DNA of 64,000 bases from an uncultured Candidatus Poseidoniales archaeon (GTDB lineage Archaea; Thermoplasmatota; Poseidoniia; Poseidoniales; Thalassarchaeaceae): the NCBI GenBank assembly GCA_964563355.1, contig CAZLVU010000004.1, positions 17,733-81,732 of the forward strand, in the 5' to 3' direction. Made by a program: the position numbers and the translations under genes. Within the stretch, counting starts at the first letter, position 1, and each line of letters begins with the position of its first letter. The notes beneath the pieces were generated by a model, which was given only the letters and a program-made list of their open reading frames with translations, ran no database searches and had not been told where the DNA came from. Below are positions 46,916-56,138 of this stretch, one piece after another.

Positions 46916-47746
46916 ATGCAGAACAACCTGGTTAACTACGGGGTGACGGACAACGGCATTGCCGTCATCGAGCTGTCCTCCGACTCATCCGGGGAACCTT
47001 GGGAGGAAGGGAAGACCTCCGTGAACACGTACACACACGCGATGATGCGAGACATCGACGAGGCGGTGCTCCGGGCACGCTTCGATGACGATGTGACTGT
47101 AATAATCCTCACTGGTCACGGCGAGAAGTTCTTCTCAGCGGGAGCAAGTATCAGCATGCTCGACTCTGTGACTCCTGGATTCAAGTATTTCTTCTGTCTC
47201 CATGCCAACGAGACGCTGAGCAGGCTAGAGCAGACACCGAAGCTTGTAATCGCTGCCCTGAATGGGCATGCAGTTGGGGGTGGACTTGAGATTGCGATGG
47301 CTGCTGACATCAGAATCGCACGCAAGGACTCGGGGCAGGTCGGCCTGCCGGAGGTCTCCTTGGGAGTGCTTGCAGGCACTGGCGGGACTGCGAGGCTCGC
47401 TAGACTAGTTGGCAAGGCCAAGGCTATGGAAATCATGGTGACTGGGAGGAAGTTCTCCTACGAGGAGGCTAGAGACATGTCCCTGGTCCACGACATTTGG
47501 GATGGCAGCCTAGAGGAGTTCCACCAAGACATCATGGACTACTCCGGGCAATTCACCCTCCCAATGGCAGCCAGTAAGGCGATTGGCAATATCAAGCGAA
47601 GTGTTCAGAGCGGCATGGAGATTCCGCTGGAGTACCATCTCGCATTGGAACGAGAGCTCCAGTCGGACCTTTTCCAGAGCTCCGATGCCAAAGAGGGAAT
47701 TGCAGCTTATGTGGGGAAGAAGACACCGCGCTTCAAGGGAGAGTAA
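46916..47746 (+). CDS. Crotonase-family enzyme, single-domain BoxC-like
   Basis: FFSAGA, AALNGHAVGGGLE.A.A.D, GLPEV.LG...GTGG. The segment ARFDDDVTVIILTG..EKFFSAGASISML....GFKYFFCLHANET resembles the N-terminal domain of BoxC. Confidence 0.8.
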   Translation: MQNNLVNYGVTDNGIAVIELSSDSSGEPWEEGKTSVNTYTHAMMRDIDEAVLRARFDDDVTVIILTGHGEKFFSAGASISMLDSVTPGFKYFFCLHANETLSRLEQTPKLVIAALNGHAVGGGLEIAMAADIRIARKDSGQVGLPEVSLGVLAGTGGTARLARLVGKAKAMEIMVTGRKFSYEEARDMSLVHDIWDGSLEEFHQDIMDYSGQFTLPMAASKAIGNIKRSVQSGMEIPLEYHLALERELQSDLFQSSDAKEGIAAYVGKKTPRFKGE

Positions 47747-47917
47747 GCTGGAATATCGAAATCGACTCTCTCTCTATGAATCGATACAGCTCATGAGAAG
47801 CGAGACGTTTCTGAATTCACGGATTCCGTTCGCAGAAAGAGCCCGAAAAAGTGATGGTTATTTACCGAACATGTTTGGAAAAGCGTTATTCAAATAGTCA
47901 AGCACGGTGGCAGAAGC

Positions 47918-49060
47918 ATGGCAGAAACAGAATCAGTTGAGAGTTATCCTCCGAACTTCGAAGTGTGGATTGAGGAATTCAGTAATTGGCAGACCAGGAT
48001 TGGTTTCGATCCATCTTGGTTGGGTGATTATCGCTTTGACATAAAGTTCGATTGGGAAACCGCTGGGGACACGATCGAGTTCGGCGACTTTGAGGGTATG
48101 CCGAAATGGGATCGGAGGATGCAGATACCTCAGCAGAACATTCGTGACGCCATTGTCAGTATGGTGAGTGTCCAAGGTGACACAGAGTTCGCTAGCGTGG
48201 AGCAGCAGAATCACCTCCTTTCGACCGCTCCAACCGAGTACGACCGAAAATCCGCATTGAGAGTGATGTGCGAGGAGCAGAGGCACGGGTGGCAAATGGC
48301 ATACCTGCTTTGCACTTTCTTCGGTGAGCAAGGCGTCAGGGAGGCAGCAAAACTCCTAGAGAGGAACGCTCAGGAGGGGACTAGGATTCTCGGGACCTTC
48401 AACGAGCCAATCGATCACTGGCTCGACTTCTTCATGTTTACACATTTCATCGACAGGGACGGCAAATATCAGCTGAAGATGCTGAGCACGTCCTCATTCA
48501 AGCCACTTGGCGCGAGCATGGGGCCGATGCTGAAGGAGGAGTCGTTCCACTTGGGTACTGGGGCCAATGGACTCCGGAGGATCGTAAAGCAAGGAGTAAT
48601 TCCATGTTCCCTGATTCAAAAGTATGTCAACAAATGGGTTAGCACGGGGTTGGACCTGTTCGGCACGGATGACTCCACCAGCGCCCAGTGGGCTTACGTC
48701 TACGGAATCAAGGGGAGGTACGACGAGAGGGAGAATTCCGATGAGGCGGATCGAGGTCACCTAAACGAAGCCAGCAGGGAGCTCTACTTCCAGGAACTCA
48801 GAGATGAGATGAAGAGGATTAGCAAGGCTAGGAAGGAGGGCGAGCCAGAGCTCTTCATCCCGTCCGACAAGTTCCGAAGGAGCATCGGAAAGTACGCGGG
48901 AAAGCGATTTACCGTAGAAGGTGATCCTTTCGATGGTGAAGACGGCGATTGGGAGGATTACCTGTCCACGGTTATCCCTACTGACGAAGACGAGGAACGC
49001 CTGATTAACGAATACATGCAGCAGGAATGGATCCAGTATAGGGAATGGAAGGGAGACTAG
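47918..49060 (+). CDS. boxB: BoxB-like di-iron aryl-CoA epoxidase
   Basis: QGDTEFASVEQQ, TAP..YD, EEQRH.W.M.YLL, RILG.FN, WL.FFMFT.F.DRDGKYQL, ML.EESFH (two EExxH iron-ligand motifs). Confidence 0.85.
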   Translation: MAETESVESYPPNFEVWIEEFSNWQTRIGFDPSWLGDYRFDIKFDWETAGDTIEFGDFEGMPKWDRRMQIPQQNIRDAIVSMVSVQGDTEFASVEQQNHLLSTAPTEYDRKSALRVMCEEQRHGWQMAYLLCTFFGEQGVREAAKLLERNAQEGTRILGTFNEPIDHWLDFFMFTHFIDRDGKYQLKMLSTSSFKPLGASMGPMLKEESFHLGTGANGLRRIVKQGVIPCSLIQKYVNKWVSTGLDLFGTDDSTSAQWAYVYGIKGRYDERENSDEADRGHLNEASRELYFQELRDEMKRISKARKEGEPELFIPSDKFRRSIGKYAGKRFTVEGDPFDGEDGDWEDYLSTVIPTDEDEERLINEYMQQEWIQYREWKGD

Positions 49061-49080
49061 GCCCGAGAGGGGGGACTCCT

Positions 49081-49644
49081 ATGCATCACGTCGCTTTGAC
49101 ATCTTTCGACAAGGGCCGTTGTAGTCCTTTCTTCGAGGGGCTTACGGACTTCTTCAACCAACATCACCACTCGGAGGAGCAGGACGCTGCCTCCTACGAG
49201 GAGTTGCTATATCGAGTCTACAGGCCCTACACGCCGCATATGCTAGACATGATTGACGAGTGGATGGGTTTGGAGAAACGCGATTGGAGAGAAGAGACCC
49301 AGAGGGAGGTGCTTTTGTCCCTCTATGCGATTCGCTACCCGGATACGTTGCTGTTAGAGAGCCTGACAGAAAAACCACGCAATGACATTCGCCGCCTCTC
49401 TGCCTACTTGCATTTCACCCATCACACGTATTCGATCTGGGACGAAGACACTCGCAGGGGCCTATCGAAACTCGGAATTGAGATTCCATCCGTCGATTAC
49501 GCCGACCCGTTTGTGTACGGGGCCTATGTAACTTCGATCGAACTCCTGAAGGATGTGGCGCCTTTCACTTGCTTCCTCGAACATGACGTGCCCCGACAGA
49601 GGCTCTTCCAAGCAGCGCTTGCCGCCTACGGGCGCGAAGCGTGA
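49081..49644 (+). CDS. Hypothetical protein
   Basis: 187 aa ORF between boxB and the dehydrogenase, overlapping the next start (GTGA). Confidence 0.7.
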   Translation: MHHVALTSFDKGRCSPFFEGLTDFFNQHHHSEEQDAASYEELLYRVYRPYTPHMLDMIDEWMGLEKRDWREETQREVLLSLYAIRYPDTLLLESLTEKPRNDIRRLSAYLHFTHHTYSIWDEDTRRGLSKLGIEIPSVDYADPFVYGAYVTSIELLKDVAPFTCFLEHDVPRQRLFQAALAAYGREA

Positions 49645-50555
49645 GCACGGCTTATTGCCGCCCCGCCACTCCGACAGACATGGTAGTCCGAACGGTGGCG
49701 ATCATCGGAGCAGGAACAATGGGCGCGGGAATTGCCCAAGTCAGCGCTCAGACGGGTTGGGATACGAGATTATTCGACTCCTTCCCAGAGTCACTAAATC
49801 TAGGGTTGAGCTCTATCGAAGCTTTCTGGGAAGCAGGAATTAAGCGAGGAAAGACCACCGCGGAACAGAAGGCAGATTGGTCCGCGAACCTCAGTGCAAT
49901 AGGGGAAATTGCCGATGCAGTAGACGGAGCAGATCTCGTGATAGAGGCCGTTCCGGAGAGGATGGTCCTCAAGAAGACTGTTTTCCAGGAGCTAGATGGA
50001 CTAGCCCCTGCACATGCGATCCTGGCGACAAACACCTCCAGCCTACCAATTTCGGAGATTGCTTCGGCAACCGGGCGCCCGGATCGGGTAATTGGCATGC
50101 ACTTTTTCAACCCCGTTCCGCTAATGTCACTCCTCGAGGTCGTTCGACATGACTCCGTCTCGGAGGAGACCATCGCTACTGCGGAATCCGTCGGACGGGA
50201 GATGGGGAAAACCACCATCCTGGTTCGTGACGTTCCGGGTTTCGCGACCAGTCGCTTGGGAGTGGTTCTAGGGAACGAAGCTGTTCGGATGCTGGCCGAG
50301 GGAGTGGCCTCAGCGAATGACATTGACACTGCAATGTGTTTGGGCTACCGGCACCCCATGGGTCCGCTAGAACTCTCTGACTTGGTTGGCCTAGACGTCC
50401 GCAGAGACATACTGAATAGCCTGGCGGATGCCTTCAATGACGAGTTCTACAGGCCTCACCCAATGCTAGAACTTCTGGTAGAGTCTGGTGATCTTGGGAA
50501 GAAGACCGGGAGAGGTTTCTATGATTGGACGAGTGGAGAAAAGGCCGAACGGTGA
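49641..50555 (+). CDS. 3-hydroxyacyl-CoA dehydrogenase (PaaH/Hbd-like)
   Basis: IIGAGTMGAGIAQ, VIEAVPE, LATNTSS, GMHFFNP, PGF...R, ID.AM.LG..HPMGP..L.DLVGLD, LG.KTG.GFY. Confidence 0.93.
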   Translation: MSTAYCRPATPTDMVVRTVAIIGAGTMGAGIAQVSAQTGWDTRLFDSFPESLNLGLSSIEAFWEAGIKRGKTTAEQKADWSANLSAIGEIADAVDGADLVIEAVPERMVLKKTVFQELDGLAPAHAILATNTSSLPISEIASATGRPDRVIGMHFFNPVPLMSLLEVVRHDSVSEETIATAESVGREMGKTTILVRDVPGFATSRLGVVLGNEAVRMLAEGVASANDIDTAMCLGYRHPMGPLELSDLVGLDVRRDILNSLADAFNDEFYRPHPMLELLVESGDLGKKTGRGFYDWTSGEKAER

Positions 50556-50564
50556 AAGGCCGAG

Positions 50565-52655
50565 TCAACTGGAGTATTTTGACCAGCTCAGCCCATCGGG
50601 AGAGAAGAGGCACGAACCCTGGCAAGTGTCCTCTACGATACCAGTCGTGAGGAACTGGAACGCCATCGCCCTAGCCATGGGAAGTCCCCCGATTGCGTTG
50701 TGGGCGGGATGTGGTTCCTGCCCGTACACATTTTCCTCCGGTGCATGCTCGTAACCACCATCGAAGAACACGCCTACTGAGCCGTTGTGGCCTGCTGAGA
50801 CGGTGAATTCATCGAAACCATATGGGACGATAGTAGAACTGTCCAACAGTGGGATCCCTCCCGTTCTCATCATCCTGCTAGAGGAGATGTTGGAGATCTG
50901 TAAGTCTCCGATAGAGAACAAAGTCATCAGCTCGAAGGGTTCCACTTCGTCCTTGTACCCATCCTGCATCAGGTAGAGGAAGGTGTCCGTCTCAGTTGAG
51001 TCCCATAGAGTCTGCAAGACTGACATGGCAATTGCCCTGTCCATCTGGTCCGGGTATCCGAACTCGCTCGAGAATGCCCAATAGAATCGATCGTATTGGG
51101 TGCAGCGCTCGATGATTTGAGAAAATGCAGATCCGCCGGCCCACAGAACCCCCCGATTCAGATCAGGGGACAGGCCGATTATCGAAGGCCCTCTGAGGGC
51201 CCCATTTGAGTAACCTGTGTAGGTCGAAATCGATGTGTCAATCAGTTTCGTTCCGTTGTGGTAATACTCCGAGAGATCCGAGCAAATTCCCATGAAGGTC
51301 CGTACCATGACAACTTGATTGATCATGGCTTGCTCTAATCGTTCTGCCTGGTGTTGGAAGAACTGCATGTTTAGTACTGCGAACTCTATGCTAGTGACGT
51401 CATCTGAAGCCCAACCGTAGAAGCTGGTTCCAAGCATTGCAGCATTGTTCTCGTTCGACCAAGCGCTGAGTCCGGAAGTGTTCCCCGTCCCCAGGAATCC
51501 ATGACCCCAAATTGTCATCGGAGCTGCCTCGTCTGAATCGACTGCAGAGTTGGGGATTAGGAGCCAGAACGGAATCTCCCGATTCTCAACGAAGATTGGT
51601 GTCCTGTCACTAGTCCTATTGATTAGGGCAGGGGGATGGAAAGACTCGGTGTACTGGGGAGAGGTAAACGTCCCTGTGACCATCCAGTGGCTCCTGTTCC
51701 CATCCTCGAAAACCTCGTGGCTGCTCTCAACTGCGCAGCCTAGGCCATGGGGGCCTATTCTTGCTAGAGCATCGTTCCTCATCGACAAGAGGGGGCCAAT
51801 GATCGATTCGGTAGATGCAGTATGGAATTCCCAAGCTGCCTGCAGATCAGGCGTTTCCACGTTTGTCATTTCACGGGCCCAAGAGAATAGGTCATTGAAC
51901 TGGGCCCTGCGTTCCTCGATATCTGACGAGTCTGTAGCTATCCCGTCTCGTAGAGCCGCAAAACCCGAGTGGGGTTTGATGGGTGCACCTTGCGAATCTT
52001 GCAATCCTGAGATCAGCACCGCGTAGCGAGTGTTGTGATCCAGAGACTGGATTGTCCTAATGTGCAGAATAGTAGGGCGGTCTTCCTCCGAGCGGAAATC
52101 CAGCTCAACCCAGTGAGGGATCAGCGTTCCAGTCCCCCTATCCAGTAGCTTTGTTGGGTGATTGGGTTCGAGGCTCTTGCCGATAGTGTACTGCCCCGCT
52201 AGGCCTGAAACTTCGGGATCAGCGGCAAATGCCGTCATAATCTGAGAGGAGGGGCTTACGCCATCGATTTGGTTGATTATTGGGATTTCGACAACTGGTG
52301 AGAAGTGTGAACCTGGGAGTGAATTCGATGCGTAGTTCATCCTGAAACCGGTCTCAGTTTGACTATCCCTGACTAGGAATGCGTCCGAGGGAAAAGGGAG
52401 CATGCAGTGCAGAGGATTGGTATTGTCGCAACCGTCCATGTGGGCGATCGAGATGACTGTGGATTCATCACCGGATTCATCGGGATAGAGGCATGAGCTG
52501 TCGTCCGTGGTAGCAAGTGAATCGAAGTTCGTTGCTTCCGAATCCGTGCACCCTGGGACTTCGGGCGATTGTACTTCTGTGCCTCCAGAGCACCCCGATA
52601 GCAGCATTGAAACAGCTAGTAGGACGGTAGTGACCTTACTAGCACGCAGACCCAT
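50565..52655 (-). CDS. Secreted lipoprotein, alpha/beta hydrolase (lipase-like)
   Basis: Lipobox LLSGC, GCTD repeat, C.LPFPSD, GHGFLG oxyanion-like motif, G-Y-S-N-G nucleophile elbow. Confidence 0.72.
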   Translation of the reverse strand: MGLRASKVTTVLLAVSMLLSGCSGGTEVQSPEVPGCTDSEATNFDSLATTDDSSCLYPDESGDESTVISIAHMDGCDNTNPLHCMLPFPSDAFLVRDSQTETGFRMNYASNSLPGSHFSPVVEIPIINQIDGVSPSSQIMTAFAADPEVSGLAGQYTIGKSLEPNHPTKLLDRGTGTLIPHWVELDFRSEEDRPTILHIRTIQSLDHNTRYAVLISGLQDSQGAPIKPHSGFAALRDGIATDSSDIEERRAQFNDLFSWAREMTNVETPDLQAAWEFHTASTESIIGPLLSMRNDALARIGPHGLGCAVESSHEVFEDGNRSHWMVTGTFTSPQYTESFHPPALINRTSDRTPIFVENREIPFWLLIPNSAVDSDEAAPMTIWGHGFLGTGNTSGLSAWSNENNAAMLGTSFYGWASDDVTSIEFAVLNMQFFQHQAERLEQAMINQVVMVRTFMGICSDLSEYYHNGTKLIDTSISTYTGYSNGALRGPSIIGLSPDLNRGVLWAGGSAFSQIIERCTQYDRFYWAFSSEFGYPDQMDRAIAMSVLQTLWDSTETDTFLYLMQDGYKDEVEPFELMTLFSIGDLQISNISSSRMMRTGGIPLLDSSTIVPYGFDEFTVSAGHNGSVGVFFDGGYEHAPEENVYGQEPHPAHNAIGGLPMARAMAFQFLTTGIVEDTCQGSCLFSPDGLSWSKYSS

Positions 52656-52695
52656 GAGTGTTCCCGGGAGGGTGGGGTTATCAATTCAACCAAAA

Positions 52696-53976
52696 CTATC
52701 CGCATTGTTCGCAATATACGCTTTCGGGCTGTCCGCCTTCCACGAAGGAAGTGAACCAACCAAGGAAGCCGACTCCCTCGACCTCAAGAGTGTAGAATCT
52801 CTCCGATGTGAGTATAGTGTGGGCCTGACCGGGGGCAATGTAGCCAGAATATGGCATCCCGAACTCCTCTATCCTAGTGTCGGAGTCCATGATCAGGCCC
52901 TTGTAGTCCCATCTTACGTCGTTCTCGAGTAGTGCATTGAAGAATCTCATTGTCTGGTCGTAGGCATCATCGAAGCGTGCGAATCTAACACTATTGTCAT
53001 GCATCCATGCACTGGTAATTAGGTCAAAGTTAGTCATCTCGTTGAAATTCAGACCTTCCAAGGGGAAGTCGTGAAGAGAATTGTTCAGCCCCCAAATATC
53101 GTAAAAATCGAAAGTGTTGTTCGAGACTAGTCCGCCGCTTCCATCGTTGAAAACTGCAACGCTTGAGTTCGGGTAGTCATCCGAAGCAACAGCGCCGTAG
53201 AACGGGGCTGGTAGAGAGCCGGCACTTGAACCGGTAACAAAAATTTGGCTGGCCGAGGGATATTGCGCGAGCATGTACGAGTATGCAGTCTGCGAGTTCA
53301 CGTGCCCATTGTGCCTTACTGGGCCATCCTGGTACTCCGTAACCGTTGAGCCGATATGAATGTCGCCCGTGCAGTATGGCACGAATACGAAAGACCAGTC
53401 TGCCAGGGGGTTGTTTTCGTTATTGAAGTTGAATATCCCCCCGTTGTTCGAGTATACAGACGAGGCTGTGCTGGGATTATCCCAATCCCCTACGGTTGTC
53501 TTGAATGTCCCTCCCTCAAACTGGCAGCTGTAGTCTTCCCAGCATCCCCCGCCACCTTGGAAGTATAGCACCACCTTGGTTGGATCTGCATGCCTGCTCC
53601 AGAATGAGTAGTTCGAACCGTCTGAGCACTGACAGTCACCCCCTGGGTCATGACGGACCCACTCGATTCCATAGGCTGACTCCCATGGAGGGAATATGCA
53701 CGAGGCTTCCTCAGTGGCTTCCGGATCGTAATTCGTTGCCCCTTCCGACATACAGCCGAGTTTCTCGTCCTTGTCGAAAACTCCGTCTCCGTCGGAATCT
53801 GCGTAGTCGCAGGAGCCGTCATCCGTGGTTGCCATGATATCGAAGTTGGTCGCGGATTCGTCTATACATCCCTCAATTACGCCGTCGGCAGCTTCGTTCG
53901 AATCGGAGACGCAACCTGCGAGCATGGTCGAGCACAGGAGCAAGACGGAAATTGACAATGGTCGAATGAATCCCAT
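52696..53976 (-). CDS. Secreted lipoprotein, pectin acetylesterase/Notum family esterase
   Basis: Lipobox MLAGC, C.DGS, YFQGGGGCW, VFVPYCTGD.H.G, TGSSAG, HT. Confidence 0.82.
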   Translation of the reverse strand: MGFIRPLSISVLLLCSTMLAGCVSDSNEAADGVIEGCIDESATNFDIMATTDDGSCDYADSDGDGVFDKDEKLGCMSEGATNYDPEATEEASCIFPPWESAYGIEWVRHDPGGDCQCSDGSNYSFWSRHADPTKVVLYFQGGGGCWEDYSCQFEGGTFKTTVGDWDNPSTASSVYSNNGGIFNFNNENNPLADWSFVFVPYCTGDIHIGSTVTEYQDGPVRHNGHVNSQTAYSYMLAQYPSASQIFVTGSSAGSLPAPFYGAVASDDYPNSSVAVFNDGSGGLVSNNTFDFYDIWGLNNSLHDFPLEGLNFNEMTNFDLITSAWMHDNSVRFARFDDAYDQTMRFFNALLENDVRWDYKGLIMDSDTRIEEFGMPYSGYIAPGQAHTILTSERFYTLEVEGVGFLGWFTSFVEGGQPESVYCEQCG

Positions 53977-54014
53977 GTTGCATCGACTGGTAGGTAGGAT
54001 ATGAAGTTAATATC

Positions 54015-55085
54015 TCAAGATTGAATGGAAAATTCGTAAAGAATTCTGTGGAAGTGATGCACGCCTTTCTCTTTGGAGGGAGAATATCGTCCGCGATCAT
54101 ATGACCCCGATTCAACCCCTCTCTGGGTTGCTTCGACAATTTCCTGGTCCTCATGCTCGACTTTGTCCAAATCCCCCCCTGCTCCAATTCCAAGTGCAGT
54201 TTTATCGCCAACGAAGCCTTGGTAGATGATTCTGGTTCGGTCTACGGAAAGAGGCACGACCAAGTTTACTGATAGGCCCCAAGGATAGAAGTTCAGCATC
54301 AGTCCAGGGTAAATCCAGTAGTAGTAAGCAGCCACGGATTTTCCGAAGTCGGGGGATGTTTCTGGAAGGTCGAATGCGGGTTCGCCCTCGCTAGCGATGC
54401 CTATCTGCAATACCCCTCCTTCGAATAGCTCGGTGCTATAGTTATCATAATCAAGAGCGGCATGGAGATCCTTGTGGACGAATGGGATGTGGAAGCCCTC
54501 CAGATAATTATCAACGTAGAGTGCCCAGTTAGCCTTTATCTCGTAGCTTCGTTGACGCGAGGGGTCGTATTGAAATGATTCAATGGGCAACCACTCCAGT
54601 CGGCGGTTCAACTCCTCCAAGCATGCCTCGATTCCTTTTGGCTCAGTTCCGGTGAACACGATGCCTTTCCACACCATAGTGGGGAATTGAGGCAGGTCGT
54701 CGGAAGGGCTGGGGAAGTCCTCGACCTCGTCAAACTCAGGCATACTCCTGAAACGACCGTCTAACCCGAAGGTGCGCCCGTGATATGGGCATTGGAGAGT
54801 CTGGGAGAGGCACTGCTTGTTTGATACAATCATCCCCCTGTGCGTGCAGACGTTGGAGATACAATGAGTCGCGGCGCCGCCGGTCATCAGCATTGGTTCG
54901 CCCACCAAGTCCCCCATGTGGTCCAAGGGAACGACGTTGTTCTCTGAAAGCTGACTCTGATGTCCGGCGAAATGCCAAGATTTAGGGAATTCTATCTTCA
55001 GTTTTTGGAACGTTGATTCGTCACTGTAGAATGAAGAAGGCAGGGTCTTAGCCTTCCTGATGTCAGGGTCAATGGTGATTTGCAA
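54015..55085 (-). CDS. Rieske non-heme iron oxygenase alpha subunit (choline monooxygenase-like)
   Basis: Rieske CTHRG/CPYHG; NW..YVDNYLEGFHIPFVH; ED; HHFH. Confidence 0.92.
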   Translation of the reverse strand: MQITIDPDIRKAKTLPSSFYSDESTFQKLKIEFPKSWHFAGHQSQLSENNVVPLDHMGDLVGEPMLMTGGAATHCISNVCTHRGMIVSNKQCLSQTLQCPYHGRTFGLDGRFRSMPEFDEVEDFPSPSDDLPQFPTMVWKGIVFTGTEPKGIEACLEELNRRLEWLPIESFQYDPSRQRSYEIKANWALYVDNYLEGFHIPFVHKDLHAALDYDNYSTELFEGGVLQIGIASEGEPAFDLPETSPDFGKSVAAYYYWIYPGLMLNFYPWGLSVNLVVPLSVDRTRIIYQGFVGDKTALGIGAGGDLDKVEHEDQEIVEATQRGVESGSYDRGRYSPSKEKGVHHFHRILYEFSIQS

Positions 55086-55097
55086 GATGGGCCCCCA

Positions 55098-55598
55098 CTA
55101 GGCCTCGGAGCATTCTGATGTAGCCATTTCGACTCCGGACATGTGGTCAGCAAAGCGTTCGATTCGGTCTTTGTTCACTCCTAAGTCCGATATTCCCAAG
55201 CGAGATTCGGAATAGACGTGTATCACGGTTTCTCCCTCATCGCAAAAACCGTTGATTAGGAAATCGTCTGGGAAGCGCCACATCAGGCTTCTGAAAACTG
55301 CGTGCGTGTGCCCCGGCCAATCGCCTATCACAGCTGTCCTTGGTTCAGAGTCCAACCATTGCCCGGCTTCTTCCATTACCGAATCAAGGTTGGATTCGAA
55401 GCGAAGCTCGGTTAGGCCCCCGCTACGGTAGCTGTGAGGGCCAATCATTGCGCAATTCAACGAGCCATCTGGACATGAATCAGGAAAGTCGCCCGGTTCG
55501 ATAATCTCGTCAGAAGCAATCACCTGTATCGTCAAGACTGTGAAAAGGTAAATTGCAACGGTTCCTAATGCGAAGGTGACGGTTCGTCTGTCCTTCAT
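55098..55598 (-). CDS. DUF1499 family protein
   Basis: CP...NC, HAVFRS...RFPDD, SESRLG.SDLGVN..RI. Confidence 0.85.
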   Translation of the reverse strand: MKDRRTVTFALGTVAIYLFTVLTIQVIASDEIIEPGDFPDSCPDGSLNCAMIGPHSYRSGGLTELRFESNLDSVMEEAGQWLDSEPRTAVIGDWPGHTHAVFRSLMWRFPDDFLINGFCDEGETVIHVYSESRLGISDLGVNKDRIERFADHMSGVEMATSECSEA

Positions 55599-56101
55599 GA
55601 GTCACCTTCGGCGACTATGACCCTTGAGGCCCTCAGGACCCTTTCATGCATCTTGAATCCCTGTTCAATGACCTCGATAACCGTTCCCGGATTAGCATCT
55701 TCCGAGCTTGGCACAGTGGCTATCGCCTCCATGCAAGTGGGGTCGAATGACTCCCCGAGCGCCTCGATCTGAACTATTCCCTCTGCTTCCAAGGACGCCT
55801 TGATCCCCTCCAGCGTCAGCCTTACGCCTTCGATAACAGAGGCGTTTCCATCGCCTTCCTCGGCAGCATCGAGTGCCTTGGACAGCACGTCTACAGCGGG
55901 GATTAGCCTTCTAGCCAGGGGAGCGCCCCCATACCTAATTGCCTCAGAACGGTCCTTGGCAGCTCTCTGGCGTGCGTTCACGGTCTCGGCCCTAGCGTAC
56001 TGGAGTTCCTTCTCCAGTTCCTCCAGTTTCGTCTCTAAATCTGTTTCAACCTCAGGATCTTCCTCGGACAACTCCTCGGGGGGCTCTTCTGTCACGGGCA
56101 T
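55595..56101 (-). CDS. grpE: Nucleotide exchange factor GrpE
   Basis: AE..N.R.R, L.P.VD, GE.FDP...EA, QGF....RVLR.S.V.V. Confidence 0.92.
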   Translation of the reverse strand: MPVTEEPPEELSEEDPEVETDLETKLEELEKELQYARAETVNARQRAAKDRSEAIRYGGAPLARRLIPAVDVLSKALDAAEEGDGNASVIEGVRLTLEGIKASLEAEGIVQIEALGESFDPTCMEAIATVPSSEDANPGTVIEVIEQGFKMHERVLRASRVIVAEGDS

Positions 56102-56138
56102 GGGCTAGAATCGTCACTCATGAATCCAATGGTTCCTG

